Assembly: GCA_000182565.2 (NCBI GenBank)
Contig: KQ257463.1
Source of the DNA: Spizellomyces punctatus DAOM BR117
Taxonomy: Eukaryota
Strand: one strand, 5' to 3'
DNA: 64,000 nt
A model generated the notes under the pieces. The model did not search any database, was not told the origin of the DNA, and worked only from the letters and a program-made list of their open reading frames with translations. A program made the position numbers and the translations under genes. Positions 23,644 to 35,863 of this stretch are shown one piece after another. The first letter of the stretch is position 1. Each line of letters opens with the position of its first letter.

Positions 23644-23998
23644 CATGTGACCTGGTCGGTTTTTGTATAGATTCTGAATGTAGATGGGTCGACCGAGTAA
23701 TGATAGTGAGCGTAAGGACGTTTAGGACATTGGTACCCTCCGTAGCATGTTTGTTTTCTTCTTCTTGAGAACCCTCATTCACATATGTGCATTTGGGTAG
23801 TGGCTGCTGTCATGCAGTGTTCTAGTAGTTTGTAACTGTTACATTTTGTCTTTCTTTTGTATCTAATTTCACTTTGTGTTCTATTGATGAAAAAGATGAA
23901 CTATGCACTTTTGCTGAGAAAATGTTCCTTTTTGAACAACATACAAAGTATGTACTATGACCAGCACTATGCACGTTTACAACCAAAACGACCACAGC

Positions 23999-24717
23999 TT
24001 AAGCCTGCTTTTGAATCGGCAGGAAAAGCTTGAATTCCGGCGGCAGCTCCTCTTCGGAATATAACCGATCCGAGAAATAAATTCTCCTGATTCTGCAATT
24101 CGCATGAATTTGCACACGGAGAGTCTCAATGTAGTTTGTTCCGTAGGCTCTGCGTGTAAAGTCGGACAGATTGAACTGGATTTGGTTCCACCCATCATCG
24201 AGACGCATAGGCATTGTGCAGATAAAGGGCTTCACACGCGTTGTTGACTAAGAATAAAGACATCATATAAGAGTAAGCATGTGCATCCCATCTGGAAACT
24301 TTGTGAACCTGTTGATGAGAACGGTTACCTGATAATTGCTTGCCCTGAACCTCCTCCGAACATTCTTATCATCCAACACTTGGACTTCAAACGTAAAGTA
24401 CTTTTTCAGGTTTTTGATGATCATCACTAAAAACGGCAATTTGATTCCCAAGGTTCTGTTCTGCTGGGCGGGGCAAGTAATAAAGTTGGTGGAGACATTG
24501 GTGCCGATGATTTCGAGAACAGAGGATTGAATGTCATTGTCCGTGATGCGCTTGATGTGCCCATTACGAACTTTTTTATCCCAAATTTGAAGCGGCTTTG
24601 AGCCAATGCTGTAGAGAATGGATAGGAAGCCCGACTGTTTTTTGTAATCGGTGTTAGATGGTTGAATGGAAAGATGAGAATGAGAGTTTGCCATACCTGA
24701 AACGTGTTGCGGAACAT
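23999..24717 (-). CDS. CFAP20: Cilia- and flagella-associated protein 20 (BUG22), 3 exons
   Basis: [36 protein letters not shown]...[62 protein letters not shown]. Confidence 0.97.
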
Positions 24718-25162
24718 GCTGCGAATACGTTCCTAGAGGTAATAAAAAAGGGGGGTATATGTTTTCTATGCCGAAAATGTTTCTATGCGTTTTCTCTTGG
24801 ACGGCTTCAGGCGACCGCCGATGTCTCGTAGCGGAATCCTCTTTTGCCAAAATGTCTCCCTGACTCTCGGGGCAAAAGAGCTCGCTGCTCCTCTCTCGAA
24901 TCGCTTTCTTATCTGCCTTGTCTCTGAAAGCCAAACACTAAATAGCCTGCTCCAAGCAACAAAATCAGACGTTGAAATCTCGCTTGTCAAGAAGAAAGCC
25001 GAGGGAAAAACACTCCGCTACGTGTCCCCCTTCCAACTCACCTCATCAAATAGACTCCGATCTACACGTGACATGCATGACTCATCGTTCAAAACCATCT
25101 TCCTGCCCCCCCAGAAACCCAGGGCGACTACACGCGAGTCGCACTTGCCAATTACCACGATC

Positions 25163-26962
25163 ATGACGACCCTGCATTACACGCCCACCAGTCCAGAAGT
25201 GGGTGTGTATCTGTTCATTGGCGAACGCGGACTACTCTCCTCGACCCTTCGTGGTTCATTCTCTGTCCCGCATGACATTTTGGAAGTACTTCAAGAGGGG
25301 AAGATCGACGTTGTGTCGACCTGGGAGAAAGCTCGCGACAAACGTGTTCAATATGTTGTAGCGCATTTGGCCAAGGAGCGGAGCAGAAACATGGGGTTCG
25401 TGAGATCTGATTTGGTTCACGAGATTGTCGCGGCACAGACACCGAAAGAGGGCGATGGTATGTCCAAAGTTGTCGGCATGTTCAGGAGCGCGTGATCTTC
25501 TGATAACCAACATGACATCCAGTAAAGATTACTTTGGTACTTGAATCTGGAGAGCAAGTATTTCCTGCAGCGTGGTATGTGGTTTTTTACGCTTGGAGTG
25601 CTATGAAAGAAAGCGAATCTGAACAATTTTGGCATTGTGCTCTATCTAGTGCGGTGGCCAGAGCCTTCCCTCTCTACTCCCGTAAAGCCAGCGTCGCCAA
25701 ACTCAAGCCCCGGAATGTTTATGTGGATTTCACAGTACCCGGTGGAGTGGAGGACGCAACATATAAACGATTGAATGTTGTCACCAATGCCATCCGCACA
25801 GCTGCGAGATTGGTTGATACCCCTTGCGGAGATCTGAACGTTACCACTTATGTATCTGAGATTCGTTCCCTGGTGTCTCCTTTCCCATCCGTTACAACCA
25901 CTGTCATCAGTGGGGAGGAGCTGCAGCAAAAGGGACTGAACGGAGTTTACTCTGTCGGCAAAGCAGCCGTGAACCCTCCTGCTCTTGTCATTCTTACGCA
26001 TACGCCAAAGACCGCTACAATCGCAGCACGTCCAGTGTTTGTTGGTAAAGGCATTGTATACGATACCGGCGGTTTGAGTCTCAAATCTGGCCCGGGTATG
26101 GTGGGGATGAAGGAAGACATGGCTGGCAGTGCAGCGTGTTTAGGGGCCTTTTTGACCGCGGTAGAACTCGGTCATGAAGGTACTTTCAGCGTTGTGCTTT
26201 GTCTAGCAGAGAACGCAATTGGGTCAAGAGCGCAGAGACCCGACGATATCATTCCCATGTTGTCTGGTAAAACGGTCGAGGTAAACAATACCGACGCGGA
26301 GGGGCGGTTGGTCCTTGGAGGTAAGAAGCGTCCATTGCAATGGCCGCTTGGTTACTCTGCTGACGTCTACATCTCACCGTCCACAGATGGGGTCGCATAC
26401 GCGACAAAGTATCTTGATCCAACTCACGTTGTCGATATTGCGACATTGACTGGGGCTCAACTGATCACGACGGGCAAGAAGCACGCGGGTGTCTTATCCC
26501 GCAACGCCGATTTCGAAAAGATCGTTTTGGACGCTGGACAAAAAACCGGAGATTGGTGTTTCCCGCTATTGGTTCGTCATGTCATATTTTGTATCAATGC
26601 TGTGCATTACACGGACTCATCCCACTTTTGCTATTCGCTCCAGTATGCGCCAGAGATTCTAAAAAAGGAGTTTGATAGTAAAATTGCCGACATGCGGAAC
26701 AGTGTGGCGGATCGGATGAATGCCCAATCGTCTTGTGCTGGGCATTTCATTGAGGAGCATCTTGCAGCGGAATGGGACGGTCGTTGGGCGCATGTCGATA
26801 TGGGTGAGTTTTTGGTTTTCAATTTTACTTTGGTGGGAGCTGTGATGTTGAGTACGGTTTGTTTTGTCGTTACTAGCTGGGCCGGGTGCAAAAGATCAAC
26901 GTGCAACTGGATTTGGTGTCGCCTTATTGGTCGGTATCTTGGACGAGATCAAAAAGAACTAA
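25163..26962 (+). CDS. NPEPL1: M17 leucyl aminopeptidase, NPEPL1-like (multi-exon)
   Basis: VGKGIVYDTGGLSLK, MKEDMAG, NTDAEGRL, DIATLTGAQ, ARAFPLYSRK, DMRNSVADRMNAQSSCAG. Confidence 0.85.
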
Positions 26963-27151
26963 ACTTGTGTATACATGTCTGGACACTTTGGACGAGGAGG
27001 ACATGTGTGCTTCCTTGATAAAGTAAAAACTGAAATATATATCTTTCTTGACTTTATATTGAATCAATTGTTCATTCCAAGTGTGTTGTCTAAACCCACA
27101 AAATCCAAAAAAAAACAACGAACCCAATGCAATACCAACTTTTCCACATGT

Positions 27152-29489
27152 TCAAGCACCCAACTTTTCGATGGCTCCAACCAACCGTCCCAAATCGCCT
27201 CTGATCCCATTAGCATATCTCACCACTTTATCTCTTGTATCCAACAGCTCCACCGTCTCTGTCAGCGCGTTATAACGTACCACGAACGGCCGGCGCATGT
27301 ATTTGAGTGCGTATTCTCTGACTTGCTCCTTCATGTCCTGATGCACCGAATGAGATGCTGTGTGGTGACACCCTGCCAAAAGTGACGCTCACCTTGAAAC
27401 TCTCTGCGACAAAGTAGAGGGGCTGGTATTCTGTTATTCTGTTACCAATAGAATGAATATTAAAACGACCAAAAAGGTTAACCAAGGCTAACTCCGTCAC
27501 GGTAATACGTACGGGTACGTGGTGTTGGCAGCTTTGTGAGGGTCGAATGGAACTTTTTGTGGTTTGGACGATAATGCATACTATTAACAAATGAAACAAA
27601 CCGAACATTTCAGTAAGGTCCCTCATCAAAAGGAGCGGGTATGCGCGTACCTCCAATTCGCCGAAACTACTTAAAAGCCCCGCCCCGTACGCTTTGATTT
27701 CTTTTCCTTGTCGGCAGAGACCAAACTCGACTATTTGGTTCCAGCATGGGTTAGGTTTGAGATCATGGTGGCCTTTTCGAGCTGTGAAATGATTATACCT
27801 GTAAACCAATAAATCTATGCATAGATAAAACGGGAAAGATTTTAGCTTGACTTGCATTTTTGAGCGCGAAAGAGTAGTACATACCGTGGCAAGTTTCTCA
27901 ATGTCCTAAACACGACGGAAAATATAAAATCAGATCATTTCATGATAGCTCGGAAAGAGACAGCGAAATACCTCATCAGAAGCACCAAGAGAAGCCAAGC
28001 CGATTTCCTGCGAAAAGTCTGCAAAGTCTACAAAGAAGAAGATAACCACAGGTAAATGCCTTGATATCACACGAAAAATAAATCGGTTGGTTCGGATACT
28101 AACCAGGATCCGCATACAAAGGCACATGGCCCAATAGTTCATGACACACATCCGGTTCTGGCGTGTAAAGTGGTTTGGAATGATGTCGAATGTACTGCGT
28201 TGAATGGAAAACTCTAAAGGCCAACGCGTTCAGGAAATCACGGGAGGAGAGCAAACCCATGACGGGTCTGAGTGTCCACCCAGTTGATTCCTTTAGAAAG
28301 CGGGAAACATCTTCGAGTTGAGGAATATTGTTGGGGTGGTAGCCGCAGTTATGTTCTAGGAGCTGCAGATGATGGTTGGCAAGGCGAAAAACAACGTGAT
28401 GCGCTTCAAGTGGAAACGTACGGGGAGCACATAGCGATGTTCACGGCAGGCGTGAGTTTTGTACAGGGATGTGAGCTGATTATAGACGATTCCCCTGTGA
28501 TGGCCAATCAATTAGCTCGTTAGTCCTAGATTCACATACTCAACGCTAGGCGTACCAAGTCTCGATTTCTTGCGGTGTATACTCAATATGGGGTAACGGG
28601 GATCCGCTGGTACACTCCGTGAATGGCAGTTCAGACTGAAAGTTTATTACAGATTATAACTTACTATCGATAGGTCTTTGCAATCTCCGTGATTTGTGCT
28701 CGTCGTTCGCGGTACGCAGGGTCCTTGAATCCAGGATGATCCGCGTCCAGTTCCTATTGGAAAGTTGGAAAAACATTCAGATCACAAACAGATCCTTTCA
28801 TAACCAATACTGATAACGTACCTCTCCATATTCCATAACTTTGTCTGCAAATGTATCCATGTCCGACTTTTTACGCGGGAACCAAGGTACAGTCTGCATC
28901 GCCACTGTTCAAACTCATTGTCAGCTCAAATGTCATCTAGCCTTTTCGAGTTTACAGACTTACCCAAGTCTGTACTGCCTGAACTAACAACCTGTAGTTC
29001 AAGAACAACCTCCCTCAACTGCTCGCATATATTGTCAATTTGCGCTTCATCCCGCGCTCCAAAATCCACGAAAAAATCATAAAATCCTTTTGTGCGGCAT
29101 GGACGGGATTCAATGCGTGAAAGGGACACATTGAGCTTCCTCAATTCGGAAAGCACTGTATCGAGGGATCCAACTTTATCTACTATTTTGAAGCTGTATA
29201 TCAAGCGTCCTGATTAGTGAGCGCATGTATCTTGTAGGACATTAACGTCAGCAACGTACTATATTGTCGTCCGCAAAGGAGCGCTTCCCGATGCTCGATT
29301 TACGTCATGAAGTGCAGCGGCTTGCGAGGAATGAAATCGACTCGTCAGAACAGCGGGAGGACGAGGAAGTATAGGTAGGGACAGAAGCGGTCTTGAGACT
29401 ATCCGGACGTTGGCAGCATGGCACACGACCCTTGCAGGCCGACACGAGAGGACGGACAATGCCGAGCGGGGAAGACAGCGTAGTGACAT
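27152..29489 (-). CDS. PAH: Biopterin-dependent aromatic amino acid hydroxylase (phenylalanine-4-hydroxylase-like) with ACT domain; many short exons
   Basis: ACT domain (SLSRIESRP...YDFFVD), [75 protein letters not shown]. Confidence 0.92.
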
Positions 29490-29871
29490 GACGCTACGAT
29501 AGTTCCTCGACAAAAGTGTGGTTGAATAAAGAGTGGAAAAGAGTCGAGGGTTTTGACGGAATGGTTTTAAGCAAAATGGTACACGTTGGGCTGGGTGGGG
29601 TCAGCAGGATAATGCCTTATACAACTTGTGTTACAGAGCGTCCGATATGGTATCACTTGCCCGCGCTCACGTGGGCGCAACAAGAGTTTGAGGAACTTTA
29701 GCGAATATACATTTGCAGGTGGGGATTCTTCTATCAGACTCAAAACCTCCCGGATTAACATCGCATCACAGACAGCAAAGGAAGACATGAGGGAAAAATA
29801 GAAAGGAAATTGGTCCAGTTATATATAATTACTATTTGCAAGAAGAACAAAGGAGGTGAGTTGCCATCACC

Positions 29872-31742
29872 TTAAACACGAGCACCCACAACGCCCCAAA
29901 CACCCACAACAATCACCAGCACACCCACGCCAACTCCCATCCCTAACACAGCTCGTCCAAGTACCCCCAGAGAACCACCAAACAGTTTCCAATAACAGAG
30001 CAAAGGAAACACAATCGCGACCGTCCCCGAGAACGCCGAGCCAAGTAGGCCCATCAAACGGTGGAATTGAGGAAAGAGGAGCGATGTGAGGAGAATAAGG
30101 ATCGATAAAACTGTACGTGCAAGGAGATGGAACGGAGGCGATAGATGAAGGGTGTTTTCTGTCGACATGCGTGATCGTTAGCCCCGGTTCAATGGGTTTG
30201 ATATACTCAGACTGAACCTACCGATGGCCATATGAACCGGTCGAACTGCCAGCGCATACTTGGTGACAGGGTTTATGGCAATCAGCCATAGTGTCAGCTT
30301 ATTTAAAACGGGATTATATGAGGGTATGCTAGCAAGATTCAAGGTGATCTATGTCCCAAAAGGCCACATTAATAAAATACATCGTGTGTTACTGTGTTGC
30401 CAAAAGGACTTACCTCTGGTAGTACATCATTGCCAAACATCAAATATCCGCACGCAGCGATTGCTATGTAGAACGCTGACACGACCAGATATGTTACGTT
30501 GATGCATCTTGCAAAGCGAACCGGGGATTTCATGTCGCGGTATATGTTGGGAAAAACGGCATGGCCTAACACAAATGGTTAGGACGGCTCATTGATTCAG
30601 GTACAACCATAGTGCTGACAACATACCATCATACCCAACAAACATTATGCCAACTGCCAGCGCAACTCGATCGAAACTCTTTGGCCACAGCCTTGTTTCT
30701 GCGGGTTGTAGCAAACTTCCGGGCGGATCCGCCTTCGTCACACCATCCACAACCACAATCGTCAAAAGGTTCAGTATAGCAACGACCCCTACCAAGCTTG
30801 CATACGACAGGCCCCGTACGCTCCTCGGCCATGTGGTCAATATCAGGAGGGCCACCACCCCTAGCTTGATGTGGAGAAGTTTCCAGTGCGGAAATAGCGC
30901 ATGTATGGAATCCGCAGCGAGGATGAGCAGCGCCGTCGAGGCTGCATATAGCTCGGCCAGATACACGATCGCAATGAAGTTCTTTGCCCTTCTTCCAAAA
31001 GCAGCCTGCCCTACGTCACCGTACGACATGGATTTAGGACGCGGGGGCAGGTTGCTTGTTGTTGTGGGTAGATCAATGGGGGTGACATCCATGCATTTCG
31101 CGAGAAGTTTGGCAGTAGTGGACGCGATGAGAGCAAATAAGAGAACAAGGGTTATACCGACAATCCAGCCGGTCAGAGAAAGGGCAAAGGGAAAAGACAG
31201 GATACCCATCCCCATGAGGAGGTTAATGGAGTTGAGCGTTGTTTGGATGGCAGTCGAGCTCGGTGTGTGATATGTAACTGGAGACTATGGTAGGAAGAAT
31301 GAATGATGTGTATACATGACCGAATGTGTAATTATGACAGACGTACCTTTGGCAGCAATGCAGTCTGCTCGTTGACAAGTTCGCCATCTTCTTCAACAGG
31401 CACATGATCCGATCCACCTATATACGACGGCGTACTCCGTCCCGATCTAACCGATCCAATAGCCTCTTCCTGTTCCTCGTCACTGCCCTCACCGATAGGG
31501 TCAACAAATACCTCCTCGCCCAACACTGTCTGATGACTTTCTTGCTTTCCAAGAACCGAGGACCAGCTGCCTAGCCACGACAGACGAGATCTCTGGCTGT
31601 TCGACTCTCCCCGACCTCCAAAAGAGTGGGTATCGTCATATTCTTCTGGTGTAGAGACAAAGACATGGGTTGTGCGACGACGGGGAGATATGGAGGTTGG
31701 TCGTGGGCGAGAGGGTGGAGGAGCCTGGCCGGACGTCGCCAT
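29872..31742 (-). CDS. Vacuolar amino acid transporter, AAAP/AVT1-like (multi-exon)
   Basis: NLLMGMGILSFPFAL, SYGDVGQAAFG, GHAVFPNIYRDMK, GYLMFG, MGLLGSAF, plus many TM segments. Confidence 0.85.
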
Positions 31743-34165
31743 GCAAAATGGATGGAAGGGGTCGGGGACCGGAGATACTGGGTATTGGAGGCGTGTGGGC
31801 AGTTACTGGATATGTGTCTGTGCGTTTTTCCTTTGTATCGAGGGTCATCAAGTCATTTTGGACAGTTGCTGGAGCCCTTTGGATGTGACAAAAAACCGAT
31901 TTGACGCGGTGTGATTCATCACATCGTATCGGACTTTAAAACTCGAACGAGTTGCCAGGCGTTTTCCTTCTTGGCCTTTTGAATTTGCTGGTTTACATCC
32001 TTATTTGCATCGGGTTGGTTGTAATATCTTTCAGAACATCTTGGGTCCCATCTGGAAATCGTGCCCGTTTTGCTGAAAAGTGCCGCTGTATGGTCCTCTT
32101 TGGATGCGTGGGATCACTGTCGTCCGACTTTTAGGTTCAAATATAGCACTGTTCGCACTTTGCTGGTGGATTTCTGTGGAAAGGAAGGCTCTCCCGCTCT
32201 GCTAGCCGAGAGCCAATGTGCGCATGTAGTGAATAAACCCAATAACTTTGCAAATGTATATCGCGGGGAGACCCATGGAATCCTCTAATGCGGATGGTAC
32301 CATAACCCTGCTGGAACCCTATCCTCCAAAATCGCTCACTCATCTCTCGTAGTTGCTCCAAATGAGCGTTGGCTTCCGAATTCCATACCTGCCGGGACAT
32401 TAAGGGCAGAGACTTCGTCCCATGGTAATGTCATTGGTGGAGAGTCCATTGATGACTGCTAGTAATATTACCCTGTCGGATGTAATGTGATTTTTTGTCA
32501 TCGGTCCGGTCTTGGTGCTCGATATATGTGTCTGACTAGTGTGTTAAATCTCTCATCGCAATGTCATTAGCAAGACCACACTTGGCTCCCCTGAGTTCCT
32601 AGGAATATGATAGCAATTTGCTTAGAGGTCAGAACCTGTCTCGCACATTGTGATGTTTGTGTGGTTTTCATGTACCCATCCAGGTCTGCATGGCCCAATA
32701 CTGGCACGTTATTCTCTTTATCAGAGAGGGTTGCATATGGCGATGTTATCTCCACCTTGCCCCAGCCCGCCGAAAACCGTGCTTTGGGGCATTTCACGTT
32801 CACGCTGGACTGACCGAGAACCTTTAAGACCCGTATGACGCTCGTACTCTGCCCGTGCTATAAATCTATCCGACAGAGGACTGTATCGGATTAGGTGTGC
32901 GGTCAATTGAAGGGCGAGGATTTAATAGTTTGAGGCGGTTGCTCTGTATGCGCAGTGTTCTCTACGGGAGAGTGGAGGTTTGCTACAATCAGAACATGGG
33001 CTCTCTATTGTTTTGTACATAAACTATTGACTTGCAGTACTATTTTGGAAGAAAGAGTTCTAAACTGCCTTTGTCAGATGGCCTGTGCTGCAAGCTCCCA
33101 ATGGTACTACACAATGCTATATGCTTTAGTTTCCTACGAACTATGGTAAATTTCGTTGACAAATGGTACTCTTCCGAACAACTTTGGAAATAAACTCACA
33201 AATCAATTCCCATCCATGCAATCTACTTCTCTGCACACGGAGCGTAATGGCTGGAAACAGATTAAGCAATGAAAGTGTCATTCCTTCTTCCTGGATGTCG
33301 GCCTTGATAACTACAACTTGCCCCTTACTCACATGAATTACGAGAAAATAATGTGTCCTGATGACGAACGCTGATCTTTTACAACGTTAAGACATCCGAT
33401 GAGGGCCACTCGATGCTCAGGAATGGGTGTTTAGGAATAAAGTGTCTGGCTAGAGACGAGAGAGGTGTGCAATTTTCAGATATCAACTGGATATCGTTGG
33501 AGGCAGGGCCAATGCCTTGCTGTATGTGATATGAAACTCTTGCGGTGATAAAAGTGGAGATCTTTAGATAAACTATATTCCAGACTTTTGATCCTCGAAG
33601 AATGGGAAGTGAAATTCAAAAACCCATTGGATTTGCTGGTATGGAAAAACGTTTGGGCAGGAAGAAAGTTCCTCACGTCCACCCGACCTATTGCTATTTG
33701 CACAAGACGTCTGCCTTGCCAACAGAGAGTAAAGTTCCATTTTCACATTGCGCTCTGATGGTTCCGGTCGGAAAAAATCTGGTGCACATTTAGTCAGGAT
33801 GGTCCTTACATACGCTAGTAGTGCACTATTGCTGTTGTCCCCAACAACACTTGACCATTATTGGATAGACCGAAAGCCCCATGGCACTCATAACCCATTC
33901 TTACAAGAAAGGTACATCCTCAAACATGAGCACGCAAGAGGAAGAGGAGAGATAACAAGATACTAGAAGGAGCCGGGACTCTTCGGCTTTATCCATGTTT
34001 GAATCAATGGCGCCGTGGTCATTTAGCATTAATGCTACCTTACAATTCAAGCCAAATAGAGTCAGTTTTGCATGTACATGAACCGTTCACACCAGGTGTA
34101 GCGGTCCTATTTCATTCCAAAAGTCTTTTGAGCACAGCAACGTTCCTCCAACAGCAGTTTGTCCA

Positions 34166-35863
34166 CTACATATACGAATTAGGTCTCCTTCCAACCCGGC
34201 CCCAACCCCGTCCATTCCGCTCATATCGCATTTCTTCCTCAGATTGATGCATAGCGTGATAAGGTATCGGCCATGAATTAATGTAGGTTTTTGAGTAAAA
34301 CGACGTCAAGTCTTCGGGTGGTGAATATGGCTCGTTGTCCGACGGGTAATTGCATAGGAGATCATGTGGAAGACTCAGGTTGGTCGACATAATGTCCGAC
34401 TCTCCATGCGCTGGTGCAGATGGGGGTACAGGGGCAGGAGCCAGTGCAGGGGCCGGTGGTGGTGGACTGGGCGGTTGTTGTGAATTTTCTGCAGGGATTT
34501 GCTGTGCCTGGTGTTCTGACGACTCTTCTTCCCGATTATCCGCTTTGCTTCCCTGCTTGGGCTTTGCCCCTCCTTTCCCATTCGGAACGTGACATCCAGC
34601 TGCATCATTTCCAACATGCCTCTTCAAAGCATCACTTCTGGCGAATCCCTTCGAGCAGTTCGGGCATATGTAGGGCCTTTCGTTGTTATGCAGCCGCATG
34701 TGCCGTTTCAGGTCATGATTGCGACGAAAAGATAATTCGCAGTAGGTGCATTTGTGGGGCTTGACTGAGCAATGGGTTTTTGCATGAGCTCGAAGGTTTT
34801 GCGGACGCGCAAAGACTTTTGTGCAGTTTGTGATGGGGCAGGGGTATACGGGGGCTGAAGGTGCAGTGGGAATCGAGGGAGCAGGTGATTCTGGCTCAGA
34901 AATTGTGGTAATCACCGATACCTCCCTTGTATCCTCCAGTAGCCACCCAGGTATGTCCTTTTCTATTTCTTCCACATCCTCCCTAGCCAGGATCTCTTCG
35001 GTACTGATTGTCATATTCGGATTCTGCGATGGATGTCCAGATTGTTCGTCCATCAATCCCGGGTGAGACACAATCAAGTCAGGACTGTGCGATCGTGATA
35101 GCGACAAGGCTGAAACTCCATTCTCGACAGCTGATATTGGCCAGGCAATACTGACATTGTCACTCATTATCGGTTCAGGTCTTATCCCCGCCATTTCTCC
35201 TCCAAATTCGTTAAAATCTAGCAGTCCCGCCGTTTCAGGTGGCCCTATATTAATCGCTTCTCTGCTGGCTGTGGCGGTTGGGTAGACCGTGGCATTTTCA
35301 TACAGCGTAGGAGCGGTAGGGGTGTGCATAGGGCGTGGTGGCAGAGTCTCATAGTGAGGAACATGATATTCCGGACGCCCGTCTTGATTTATTGAATAGT
35401 TGAAATTTGGTTCATTTGGCGACAGGACGTCGGGCTTGGGCGCAAAGGTGTTCACGTACTCCATCTCCTGTATTGGGATGTATGGCTCCGCATATGGAGC
35501 AAAAGGGTCGAATGGAGATTGCGGTAGCAATGATGATGGGGTTATGGAGACAGAGTGGGTTTGCGCCGTCGACAGTATCGACGATGACCGAGAACCATCA
35601 TATTGGTATGCTGGTGTTGGGTAAGCTTGTGAGTTAGGTAGCAGCAGTGGTTGGAGAGGCAGTAGATGATGCTGTTGATAAGGTTGCTGCTGATGCTGCT
35701 GCTGATGCTGTTGATGATGTTGATGGTAAGGTTGATGATCTTGTCCGAAAGTTTGTGGCCCATGGGCATGTGCGAACGGATACACGCCTTGCATATCAAA
35801 TGTATGATGTTTATGCGGCGCAAAATGCGGTGGTTGTGGCGACAATACTTCAAGCGACGGCAT
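34166..35863 (-). CDS. C2H2 zinc-finger transcription factor (three fingers, poly-Q/H activation-like region)
   Basis: CPITNC..FARPQNLRAHAKTH, CTYC..FRRNHDLKRHMRLH, NERPYICPNC..FARSDALKRH. Start taken at MPSLEV. Confidence 0.85.
   Translation of the reverse strand: MPSLEVLSPQPPHFAPHKHHTFDMQGVYPFAHAHGPQTFGQDHQPYHQHHQQHQQQHQQQPYQQHHLLPLQPLLLPNSQAYPTPAYQYDGSRSSSILSTAQTHSVSITPSSLLPQSPFDPFAPYAEPYIPIQEMEYVNTFAPKPDVLSPNEPNFNYSINQDGRPEYHVPHYETLPPRPMHTPTAPTLYENATVYPTATASREAINIGPPETAGLLDFNEFGGEMAGIRPEPIMSDNVSIAWPISAVENGVSALSLSRSHSPDLIVSHPGLMDEQSGHPSQNPNMTISTEEILAREDVEEIEKDIPGWLLEDTREVSVITTISEPESPAPSIPTAPSAPVYPCPITNCTKVFARPQNLRAHAKTHCSVKPHKCTYCELSFRRNHDLKRHMRLHNNERPYICPNCSKGFARSDALKRHVGNDAAGCHVPNGKGGAKPKQGSKADNREEESSEHQAQQIPAENSQQPPSPPPPAPALAPAPVPPSAPAHGESDIMSTNLSLPHDLLCNYPSDNEPYSPPEDLTSFYSKTYINSWPIPYHAMHQSEEEMRYERNGRGWGRVGRRPNSYM

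Noticed and set aside
24785-25162. Upstream extension of the ORF at 24785
   Set aside because: It begins at a non-functional-looking start in the CFAP20/aminopeptidase promoter gap. The likely start is ATG 25163.
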